Positions 53,674-63,082 of a DNA stretch of 64,000 nucleotides are shown here, piece by piece. The stretch covers positions 2,323 to 66,322 of the forward strand of contig JAQVSS010000002.1 of assembly GCA_028700415.1 (NCBI GenBank), in the 5' to 3' direction. Under the pieces are notes generated by a model, which was given only the letters and a program-made list of their open reading frames with translations, had not been told where the DNA came from and searched no databases. The position numbers and the translations under genes are program-made. The stretch comes from Kiritimatiellia bacterium. GTDB lineage: Bacteria > Verrucomicrobiota > Kiritimatiellia > RFP12 > UBA1067. The stretch's first letter is position 1; every line of letters begins with the position of its first letter.

Positions 53674-56343
53674 ATGCGATGCAAAACGAACATGATGTTG
53701 GCCGCGGCTATGCTTCTGACAGGATGGGTGGTTTCCCCGGCTCTATCCGGACCGGCGCCGGCGGTTGGGAAGGTCGCTTCCTTCGAGACAGATGCGGACA
53801 ACCCCTTCGTACTTAGGAACAATATTGCCGGCACACGGGTCACCGAACACGCCACCGATGGCCAGTATTCGTTGCGCGTGGTGGCCAAAGGGTCGGACAA
53901 GCCGAGTTGGCCGGCCTTGTGGCTTTATCCGAAAGCGGAGCCCAATTGGTCCGCCCGCCAACTCTTGGTCATGGACATTTTCATCGAAACCCTTGAGAGC
54001 GTCGAATTCGGCGCCCAGCTTTGTCTGGAGGGCCGTAAGGAAAACCTGACCCTGTCGATGGGACGCCTCACCCCGGGCTGGAATAAAAACCTTACTCTTT
54101 GCCTGCAAGACTTTGAGGCGGATCTCTCCCGCGTCGCAGACTTGGCGCTCTATGTCGCCCGGCCCCGCAAGGACGTCGTTTATACCATCGACAACGTGAG
54201 GTGGGAGATTCCGCCGCTACTCGCCGCGTCAAACGGCTGGCTCAACGTTCGGGATTTCGGCGCCTCGGGTTCGGAGTTTGAGACCGTGGCCACGGCGGCC
54301 GCAGGTTCCAACCAGATCACGGTTGCCGAGGCGGGCGATTTCCGGGAGGGGCAGCAGGTCAGCGTCTCCAAATGCAACATCCGTTATCTCTCTCCCACGC
54401 GGTATGGGCCGGGTGAACCTTACGCCACCTCGCGGCGCCTCGGCGATGCGCTGGAAATGCGCGGATATGACGGCGAGGGCGGAAGTTGGCTCGCCTATGT
54501 GGTGGAGATTGACGGGGCCGATCCGCTCACCTTTCGTTGGAAAGGCGACATCGCCAAACCTTGGGCCGCCTCGAAAGTCCCCGTGACGTGTGACTGGCAA
54601 CCGCTCAGCGGAGGCACCGAAATCCGTTTCAAAAATAAGGAGTGGAAGCCTGGCGAACTGGTCACCTTCTCCGCCCGGGACCAGCTCATCGCCACGATCG
54701 AGAAGATCGAGGGCCGTGTGCTCACGCTCAGCGAGACAGCGAACCGGACCGCCACCAACGCTGTGCTCCGGCATACCGACCGGGTTGCGGTCCAGAAGGC
54801 CATTGACCTCGCCCGCAGGCGGAAATGCAACGTTTTTTTCCCTGCGGGACACTATCGCATCCCCGGCGGACTGCGCGTGGTGAAGCCGGACGCCATCCGT
54901 CTGGAAGGGGCGAATGCGGAAACGACGGTGCTCGACATCAGCGATGGCTCAGGCGCTTGTTTGAGCCTTTCCGGCGGCACCGAAGTGACCATCCGCAACT
55001 TCACCATGGTCGGGCACACGGGGCTCGCCGAGGCACCGAAGTCTTTCACCACCTCGAGCGGTTACGGGTACTGGCCCAACAGCCTGAAGGGTTGCAGCGC
55101 GGTCGTCATGTCCGGCACCGAGCGGGTGCTGATCGAAAACGTCCATGCCCGGCGCATGGCGAGCGAATGTTTCTACGCCCAAGGCCCGGTTCGCGAAGGG
55201 CAGAAAGAGCCTGCACAATACCAGAAAGCGCTGACGTATCTGCGCTGTTCGGTGACCGACTGCGCGGCCAACGCCTTCAACAACAACGACCGCGGCGAAA
55301 ACACCAGCATTCTTTACTGCCGGGTCGACGGGGCGGGATGGCACGCGGCTGAAATGCCCGCGCGTTTCCTGCGGGTTATAGGCTCCTACTTCAGGAACAC
55401 CGGTGCCATCACGGTGGGCGACATGAGCCACCGGTTTGAGGATTTGAACGAGTTGGGATGCGGACAGGCGATGGTGTGCGACAACGTGTTCGAGGGGATC
55501 GGCCGCAGCGGAGGGGTTTATGTCGGGCACGGGTCATCCCAAGTGGTGATCTCCGGGAACCTTTTCATCAATTTCAACGGTTCGGCGATCACCGTTTCAA
55601 GCCAGACCGTGCGTCCCTCCCTGCCCTGGTTTTCGCCGACGGCCCCGCTGTCGTGGGGCTCCTACCCGTCGCGCAGCGTCGTGATCCGCGGCAACATCAT
55701 CGACATGACCTATCCGGGGACAAACGCGGATGCCCGCGTCCGCACGGGCATCTGGGTGAACGCTTCGGAGGTGACGGTGGCTGACAACCAAGTGTATGTC
55801 CGCGGCGCCTGCGACCCGCGCGTGACGGGCATCAGCCTGAGCGAGCCGGCCTTGCATGTGACTATCCACGACAACCTGATCCGCAACTGCGGGGCGGGAC
55901 TGGTTACCGGGCGCACCGGGTCGCGCGTGACTCAAGTGATCGATTCCACCACGTTCCTGGACGCGTCTCTCCCGCTGGAGTGGCGTTACTCCCATCAGTA
56001 TCAGGGCTGGAACATCGTTTGGTTCAGCCGCAACCAGACCAACGGCACATCGGTCATCGATTCCTACGATCCGGCCACGCTGCGCTTCAAACTTACCGCC
56101 CCGCGCGACATGAAGGTCGGAGACACCTTTGAGGTCTTCCCCCCGGGGTCGGCAAACTGGCTCATCCACGACAACACCATCACGGGGTGCCAGCGTCCGG
56201 TGGTGCTCAACTCCTACGGGAGCGACACCTCCATTTTGAAAGGCAACCTGATCTCACGGGGCGAGGCCACAGGTGCCACACAGGCCATTCACGTCGTGCG
56301 CGGGCAGTTCAAACTGATCGATAACCAGATCAACGGGTTCTGA
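53674..56343 (+). CDS. Exported right-handed beta-helix protein, paralog B, with an extra N-terminal beta-sandwich (CBM-like) domain
   Basis: Start at ATG 53674 (GGAGGA 8 nt upstream) with a signal peptide MRCKTNMMLAAAMLLTGWVVSPALS. The unique N-domain of about 190 aa ends in VYTIDNVRWEI. Then comes WLNVRDFGASGS and rungs collinear with paralog A (IEKIEGRVLTL, TYLRCSVTDCAANAFNN, DNVFEG, IHDNLIRNCGAG, WLIHDNTITGC, AIHVVRGQF). Confidence 0.65.
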   Translation: MRCKTNMMLAAAMLLTGWVVSPALSGPAPAVGKVASFETDADNPFVLRNNIAGTRVTEHATDGQYSLRVVAKGSDKPSWPALWLYPKAEPNWSARQLLVMDIFIETLESVEFGAQLCLEGRKENLTLSMGRLTPGWNKNLTLCLQDFEADLSRVADLALYVARPRKDVVYTIDNVRWEIPPLLAASNGWLNVRDFGASGSEFETVATAAAGSNQITVAEAGDFREGQQVSVSKCNIRYLSPTRYGPGEPYATSRRLGDALEMRGYDGEGGSWLAYVVEIDGADPLTFRWKGDIAKPWAASKVPVTCDWQPLSGGTEIRFKNKEWKPGELVTFSARDQLIATIEKIEGRVLTLSETANRTATNAVLRHTDRVAVQKAIDLARRRKCNVFFPAGHYRIPGGLRVVKPDAIRLEGANAETTVLDISDGSGACLSLSGGTEVTIRNFTMVGHTGLAEAPKSFTTSSGYGYWPNSLKGCSAVVMSGTERVLIENVHARRMASECFYAQGPVREGQKEPAQYQKALTYLRCSVTDCAANAFNNNDRGENTSILYCRVDGAGWHAAEMPARFLRVIGSYFRNTGAITVGDMSHRFEDLNELGCGQAMVCDNVFEGIGRSGGVYVGHGSSQVVISGNLFINFNGSAITVSSQTVRPSLPWFSPTAPLSWGSYPSRSVVIRGNIIDMTYPGTNADARVRTGIWVNASEVTVADNQVYVRGACDPRVTGISLSEPALHVTIHDNLIRNCGAGLVTGRTGSRVTQVIDSTTFLDASLPLEWRYSHQYQGWNIVWFSRNQTNGTSVIDSYDPATLRFKLTAPRDMKVGDTFEVFPPGSANWLIHDNTITGCQRPVVLNSYGSDTSILKGNLISRGEATGATQAIHVVRGQFKLIDNQINGF

Positions 56344-56399
56344 CCCAGTTCCCGGGTGAACATGGGGATTACGGTAATTCTTAGCTAAGGGGGTGCAGC

Positions 56400-57782
56400 A
56401 TGATCGAAGGTTCAGGTGTCAAGTCGACGGTTCCGTTTTTCGCCGCCTTGTGGGCGGGTTGCGTATTTGCCTTGATGGCTGTCGCGCAGGAGAAGGGGAG
56501 TCTTGCCGAGCTGACGGCGGATGACTGTTTGCGCGGTTGCGTGACCCGGGAGATTCCCGTCTTCAAGCCGGGCGAGGAAATCGTCTTCAGGGTGGAGCTC
56601 GCAGGTTTCACTGGCCGCGACACGGCCGGATTCATCCTTAAATGGGAACGGACGGGGGACGACGGGAGGAAAGAAATTGGCGAAACGGGAATCGCGAAAC
56701 CGTTCGTCTACAGTACGTCGTTGGGCTGTCCCGGGTTCGTGCGGTTTCTCGGGAAACTTGTCGATGCGAAAGGAGAACCCGTCAAACGCCACACCCCGAG
56801 GGGAGGCTGGCAGCCGATCGAATGCGATCTTGGCGCCGGGGTCGACATTCTGGCGATCCGTCAGGCGGTAAAGCCGCCGACGGATTTAGACGCTTTCTGG
56901 CGACGTCGGAAAGAGAATCTGAAACGTGTTCCGATCAAGAACGTCGAATCCGTCCGGATCGGCGGGAACGACAAGGTCGAGCTGTTCGTGGTCAAGTGCC
57001 CTTGCGCTGGTGGGATGCCTGTGACGGGATTCCTGACAGTTCCCGCGGCCGCAGCTTCGGGACGGAAATTCCCGGCACACCTGTCGTTCCACGGCTACGG
57101 GGCGAGCTGGTCCCGGGGCGCGTGGGACAAACCCGATCTGGGCAAGGCAAGGGCCGATCGCCTGAACTTCGCCGTTTCCGCGCATGGATTCGATCTGATG
57201 AAGGACGCGAAGTACTATGCCGATCTCCGGAGGGCGGCGAAATCCAACGGGCATGATTACGGATTTGACCCAGAGCAGAATTCCGATCAGGAAAAGACAT
57301 ATTACAGCGGGATGGCTTATCGCGTGATGCGGGCTCTGGAATACGTGAAGACGAGGCCGGAATGGAATGGTAAGGACCTTTGTGTTGCTGGCGGTTCGAT
57401 GGGCGGCATGCAGGCCGTCTGGGCGGCGGCCATGGATCACGACGTCAATGGCTGCAACGTCTCCATTCCGTGGAATTGCGACATCGGCGGCACGGAAACC
57501 GGACGCAACCGGGGGGACTGGTACGTGAAATGGACGCCGGCACTCGGCTATTACGATACGGCGTCGATGGCGACGCTCATTCCGGCGACGTGCAGGACGA
57601 CGGTGCCCATGGCGGGACTCGGCGACTACATCTGCCCGCCGACCGGGGTCATGGCCTTCTACAACAACCTCAAGTGTCCAAAGGCGCTTTCTTTCCGGCA
57701 GAACGCCCGGCATGGGGATTGTCTCCAGCCCTCTCCCGTGCAGTCCTTTCGGATAACAGGGGAAGACATAACCGCGAAATGA
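56400..57782 (+). CDS. Carbohydrate esterase family 7 (acetyl xylan esterase/cephalosporin-C deacetylase)-like with an N-terminal extension
   Basis: Signal peptide. AXE1 strings: DLDAFWRRRKENL, FLTVPA...HLSFHGYGAS, nucleophile elbow VAGGSMGGMQAVW, GLGDYICPPTGVMAFYNNL, and a C-terminal His in NARHG. Confidence 0.7.
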   Translation: MIEGSGVKSTVPFFAALWAGCVFALMAVAQEKGSLAELTADDCLRGCVTREIPVFKPGEEIVFRVELAGFTGRDTAGFILKWERTGDDGRKEIGETGIAKPFVYSTSLGCPGFVRFLGKLVDAKGEPVKRHTPRGGWQPIECDLGAGVDILAIRQAVKPPTDLDAFWRRRKENLKRVPIKNVESVRIGGNDKVELFVVKCPCAGGMPVTGFLTVPAAAASGRKFPAHLSFHGYGASWSRGAWDKPDLGKARADRLNFAVSAHGFDLMKDAKYYADLRRAAKSNGHDYGFDPEQNSDQEKTYYSGMAYRVMRALEYVKTRPEWNGKDLCVAGGSMGGMQAVWAAAMDHDVNGCNVSIPWNCDIGGTETGRNRGDWYVKWTPALGYYDTASMATLIPATCRTTVPMAGLGDYICPPTGVMAFYNNLKCPKALSFRQNARHGDCLQPSPVQSFRITGEDITAK

Positions 57783-58049
57783 GTATGCGGAGGAGCACAG
57801 CTCTATGTAGATGAACTGGACAACGTGATCGCGACCGCGCTGGACGTGAACGCCGACGGCGTCATCGACTGCGCGGCTTCCGGCCGGATCAGTGCCGCTC
57901 TCGGCGTGCGACGGCTTCGGACGGGCCGTGTAAGCCAGATATACACGAGATGTACACCAAGCAACGGACGCTTGACCGCAGGGGAGTGTAACGGGTAAAG
58001 TAACACCCGTGTTTTGGGGCATCAGCATTCTGAATACGGATAGGAGCAT

Positions 58050-58733
58050 ATGATGAGTAATTCAACTGCAGCCCAGTTGCAGCGTGGTGTGATTGTCGAG
58101 TTCGATTTTTCGGTGCTGTCGGGGCATGCGTTTCTGAGCGATATTTGCCGTGCGCGACTGGAAAAAGAAGGGATCAAGGCGGATGGGAAACTGATGAGCC
58201 GGCACATGGGCGGAAAATCGTTCTCCTCCGGCCTGAATGCGTTGTGCAACAAGCTTCAAAAGACGGTGGACGTGCCGGCGGTGATCGCAGAGTGTAACGG
58301 GGCGTTCGCCGAAGCGCTGAAGGGCGCTCTGTCCAGCGTGCCCAAAGGGTTCGTGGAGTTTGTCAAGGCGCTCCTTGCCAAAGACATCAAGGTGGTGCTC
58401 GTTTCGCGGGCGGACAGCGAAGCGGTGCGCGCTGTGTTTGCGGACGTGCAGTCCGGGAAACTGGTGGTTTTGCACGACACGGCGACCAGTTTCGGATTCT
58501 GCAGTTGGGACGGTTGGCGACGCACGGCCCGCAAGAACGATTTGTACGAGCGGTTGTGCGTGGCAGTGGCGGGGAGCGGGTTTTCCGCCAAGGGCGCGCT
58601 GGTCTCCGGGATGGGCGTGGTGGTGAAGGAAAACCCCTTGACCGAGTATCAGGATATCAGCGGGAGCGATCTGCACATCAGCGAGTTCACAGCCGCGTTG
58701 GCGGACGACGTGTGCCGTATCCTGCGCGTCTGA
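58050..58733 (+). CDS. HAD-fold-like protein with degenerate catalytic motifs
   Basis: 227 aa. The motif I position reads IVEFDFSVL instead of hhhDxDGT. Motif II-like VVLVSRA. The motif IV position reads VAGSGFSAKGALVSGM instead of GDSxxDxxxAxxAG. Confidence 0.5.
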   Translation: MMSNSTAAQLQRGVIVEFDFSVLSGHAFLSDICRARLEKEGIKADGKLMSRHMGGKSFSSGLNALCNKLQKTVDVPAVIAECNGAFAEALKGALSSVPKGFVEFVKALLAKDIKVVLVSRADSEAVRAVFADVQSGKLVVLHDTATSFGFCSWDGWRRTARKNDLYERLCVAVAGSGFSAKGALVSGMGVVVKENPLTEYQDISGSDLHISEFTAALADDVCRILRV

Positions 58734-58770
58734 GGCGGGTTCGGCGCTGTATCTGTGGATGGATTCTCAC

Positions 58771-58808
58771 GGCTCCGTTTCGGGAAAAACGGAGCCGGTC
58801 TTATTTTA
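58771..58808 (+). terminator. Rho-independent terminator
   Basis: Perfect 10-bp stem GGCTCCGTTT / AAACGGAGCC (58771-58780 / 58787-58796), a 6-nt loop, then GGTCTTATTTTAT. Lies between the HAD-like gene and mazG. Confidence 0.65.
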
Positions 58809-58821
58809 TGGAGGTGGAAAG

Positions 58822-59625
58822 ATGGAAACGGTGTTGAAAGGGGTCGCCCGCCTTTATGAGGTGATGAAACGCCTGCGCGCCCCGGGCGGATGCCCGTGGG
58901 ACCGGGAACAGACGATTGAGACGCTGAAGCCGTGTCTGCTGGAGGAAACCTACGAGCTGTTGGAGGCGATGGACGGTCAGGATCTGGCTTTGCATGTGGA
59001 GGAGTTGGGGGACGTGCTTTTGCAGGTGGTCTTCCAGTGCGCCATACGCGAAGAGGAGGGGCTATTCACGCTCGACGATGTGGCAGAGGCGTTGGCGGAG
59101 AAACTGGTCCGCCGGCACCCGCACGTGTTCGGCGAAGTGGAGGTGAATTCTTCCGGTGAGGTTTTACGCAATTGGGAGGCGATCAAACAGACCGAGAAAG
59201 GGAAAGCACCAGACCGTTCGGCCATTGACGGTGTCCCGGCGACGTTGCCCGCGCTGCTCAAGGCGCAGCGCCTCCAGGCCAAAGCCGCCCGGGTGGGGTT
59301 TGACTGGAAGGATGCGACGGGGGCTACGGAAAAGATCGAGGAAGAACTCGACGAGCTAAAGGAGGCCGTGGCTGCGGGCGACCAGCGGAAGATGACCGGG
59401 GAAATGGGCGACCTGCTGTTCTCGGCGGTTAATTATTGCCGGTTCATCGGTGTCGATGCGGAGAGCGCCTTGGAGGGAACGAGCAAGAAATTCGCCCGCC
59501 GTTTCCGCGAGGTTGAACGTCGCATCCGCGAAGAGGGACGGACGCTGAAGGCCTGTACGCTGGCTGAGATGGATGCCGTATGGGATGCGGTGAAGGCCGA
59601 GGAACAGGCTGAACAGAGGGGATGA
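58822..59625 (+). CDS. mazG: Nucleoside triphosphate pyrophosphohydrolase MazG
   Basis: Start at ATG 58822 (GGAGGTGG upstream). LRAPGGCPWDREQT, LLEETYELLEA, EELGDVLLQVVF, KLVRRHPHVF, and the second MazG repeat EELDELKEAV...GDLLFSAVNYCRF. Confidence 0.9.
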   Translation: METVLKGVARLYEVMKRLRAPGGCPWDREQTIETLKPCLLEETYELLEAMDGQDLALHVEELGDVLLQVVFQCAIREEEGLFTLDDVAEALAEKLVRRHPHVFGEVEVNSSGEVLRNWEAIKQTEKGKAPDRSAIDGVPATLPALLKAQRLQAKAARVGFDWKDATGATEKIEEELDELKEAVAAGDQRKMTGEMGDLLFSAVNYCRFIGVDAESALEGTSKKFARRFREVERRIREEGRTLKACTLAEMDAVWDAVKAEEQAEQRG

Positions 59626-59696
59626 TGTTTTCCTTCGGCAGTTAATCCCGGCAAACTTGCGCGAAGCCGGTAAACGTGGCAAACTAATCATTTTTC

Positions 59697-59966
59697 ATGT
59701 GTTCGTGTGGTGAGGAGATGGCGATGTCTAATCAGGAGAAGCAAGAAACAGCACCCCTGTTGCCCCGGCCGGTGATTGATGCCGACGAGTGCAAAAGCTG
59801 TGGGCGCTGCGTGAATGCGTGTCCAAAGAAATGTTTGCGTCTGGCAACCCGGTTGAACCGGCGTGGGGTCAAACCCGCAGAGTATGTGGGCGAGGGGTGT
59901 ATCGGATGCGCGATCTGTTTTTACAACTGTCCCGAACCGTATGCGATCGTGATTGAGAAACCGTAA
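59697..59966 (+). CDS. 2x[4Fe-4S] ferredoxin-type delta subunit of 2-oxoacid:ferredoxin oxidoreductase
   Basis: CKSCGRCVNACP and CIGCAICFYNCP. Sits directly upstream of the alpha subunit. The start is uncertain (59697, 59718 or 59724). Confidence 0.8.
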   Translation: MCSCGEEMAMSNQEKQETAPLLPRPVIDADECKSCGRCVNACPKKCLRLATRLNRRGVKPAEYVGEGCIGCAICFYNCPEPYAIVIEKP

Positions 59967-60013
59967 CCCCCCGGGGGGGATGACAAACGTTTCGGGAAGG
60001 GTGAGGAGTGGGC

Positions 60014-61069
60014 ATGACCAAGTTTGTGAAAGGCAACGAGGCTGTTGTGATCGGTGCGCTGTATGCCGGATGTGATGTTTATTTCGGATATCCGATCACG
60101 CCGGCCAGCGAGATCGCGCACGGGGCGGCGAAGTGGTTCCCGTCTGTGGGGCGCGAGTTTCTGCAGGCCGAGTGCGAGACCGCCTCGATCTACATGGTGT
60201 ACGGCGCGGCGGCGGCGGGGCGTCTGGCGATGACGGCGACCTCGGGGCCGGGCATGAGCCTGATGCAGGAGGGGATCTCCTACATGGCGGCCGCGAACCT
60301 TCCGGGCGTCATCGTGAACGTCATGCGCGCGGGACCGGGGCTCGGCAACGTCTATCCCGAGCAGGGCGACTACAACCAGGCGGTCAAGTGCGGCGGCCAC
60401 GGCAATTACAGCTGCGTGGTGCTGGCCCCCGCCAGTGTGCAGGAGATGTGCGACCTGACCATCCGCGCGTTCGAGCTGTCGTTCAAGTATTTTACGCCGG
60501 CGATCGTTTTGGCGGACGGCCTTCAGGGGCAGATGATGGAGACGCTGGTGCTGCCGGAGCACGAGATGCCGAAACCCGACACAACGCCGTGGGCGGTTCA
60601 GGCCACGCAGGAAACGCGCAAAAACCTGATCACTTCGATTTATCTGGACGCGCCCGCGCAGGAGGCGCACAACCTGCGTCTGCAGGCGAAATATGCGAAA
60701 ATGTCGGCGGATGCGCGGCACGAGACCTATCTGTGTGAGGATGCCGAACTCGTGCTGGTGGCGTACGGCATTTGCAGCCGTATCGCCCGGACTGCGGCCG
60801 AGACTTTGCGGTCTGGTGGCGTTAAGGCCGGAGTTTTCCGCCCCGTCACGCTGAGCCCGTTTCCGGGTGCCGCCTTGAGCGAGACCCTCAAAGGGCGCAA
60901 GGCCCTGGTGGTTGAGCTGAGCGCGGGACAGTTTCATGACGATGTGCTGCTGCATCTCGTGAAAGAGGGCGGGCGCTATCAGCCGGTGGACCTTTGTAAC
61001 CGTATGGGCGGCATGGTGATGACCGTGGATGATGTGGTCGCGGCCGCCCGCAAGACGATGAAGAAGTAG
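60014..61069 (+). CDS. 2-oxoacid:ferredoxin oxidoreductase alpha subunit
   Basis: MTKFVKGNEAVVIGALYAGCDVYFGYPITPASEI, ECETASIYMVYGAAAAGRLAMTATSGPGMSLMQE. 351 aa. Confidence 0.88.
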   Translation: MTKFVKGNEAVVIGALYAGCDVYFGYPITPASEIAHGAAKWFPSVGREFLQAECETASIYMVYGAAAAGRLAMTATSGPGMSLMQEGISYMAAANLPGVIVNVMRAGPGLGNVYPEQGDYNQAVKCGGHGNYSCVVLAPASVQEMCDLTIRAFELSFKYFTPAIVLADGLQGQMMETLVLPEHEMPKPDTTPWAVQATQETRKNLITSIYLDAPAQEAHNLRLQAKYAKMSADARHETYLCEDAELVLVAYGICSRIARTAAETLRSGGVKAGVFRPVTLSPFPGAALSETLKGRKALVVELSAGQFHDDVLLHLVKEGGRYQPVDLCNRMGGMVMTVDDVVAAARKTMKK

Positions 61070-61078
61070 GGCTTTGAA

Positions 61079-62494
<1,416 letters not shown>

Positions 62495-62512
62495 GAGGAG
62501 TGGAGGGCGCAC

Positions 62513-63064
62513 ATGGTGAACCAGAGGCATGACATCGCTGTAAGGATCAAAGGGCTGAGGGATGCGGCGGACCTGACGCGGGCAACGGTCGCGGCCGCGA
62601 CCGGGGTTCCGGTCGAGACCTATACCCAATACGAGGCGGGCGCGACGGATGTTCCGATGAGTTACCTTGTGGTCTTGGCCGCGTTTTACAAGGTGGACGT
62701 GACCGCCATTCTTACGGGCGGCGATTCACACGCCAAGGTTTTCCATGTAACCCGCAGGGGTACGGGGCCGATGGTCGAACGCCGCCACGTGTATCATTAC
62801 GAGGCGCTCGGCACGCTTTTCACCGGTAAGGTGATGGAGCCGTTCATCGTTACGGTCGAACCCTCGCTGAAAGAGCTGCACCTCAACACCCATCCGGGGC
62901 AGGAGTTCAATTACGTCCTGTCCGGCATGCTCCGGCTGACGGTGGGCGAAAATTCCGTGGTATTGTCGCCGGGGGACAGCATTTATTTCGATGCCGCCAC
63001 ACCGCACGGCATGCAGGCGGAAGGCAAATCGGCCGCGACGTTTCTGGCTGTGATCACCGCGTAG
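62513..63064 (+). CDS. XRE-family HTH plus cupin-domain transcriptional regulator
   Basis: N-terminal HTH_3 (IAVRIKGLRDAADLTRATVAAATGVPVETYTQYEAG) and a C-terminal cupin (HPGQEFNYVLSGMLRLTVGENSVVLSPGDSIYFDAATPHGM). Confidence 0.8.
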   Translation: MVNQRHDIAVRIKGLRDAADLTRATVAAATGVPVETYTQYEAGATDVPMSYLVVLAAFYKVDVTAILTGGDSHAKVFHVTRRGTGPMVERRHVYHYEALGTLFTGKVMEPFIVTVEPSLKELHLNTHPGQEFNYVLSGMLRLTVGENSVVLSPGDSIYFDAATPHGMQAEGKSAATFLAVITA

Positions 63065-63082
63065 AAGGAAAGGGCGACGATT

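Noticed and set aside
59967-59979. C6G7 palindrome immediately after the ferredoxin stop codon
   Set aside because: It could form only a loop-less GC hairpin and no T-tract follows. The next gene starts 35 nt downstream in the same operon, so a terminator or attenuator role is unsupported.
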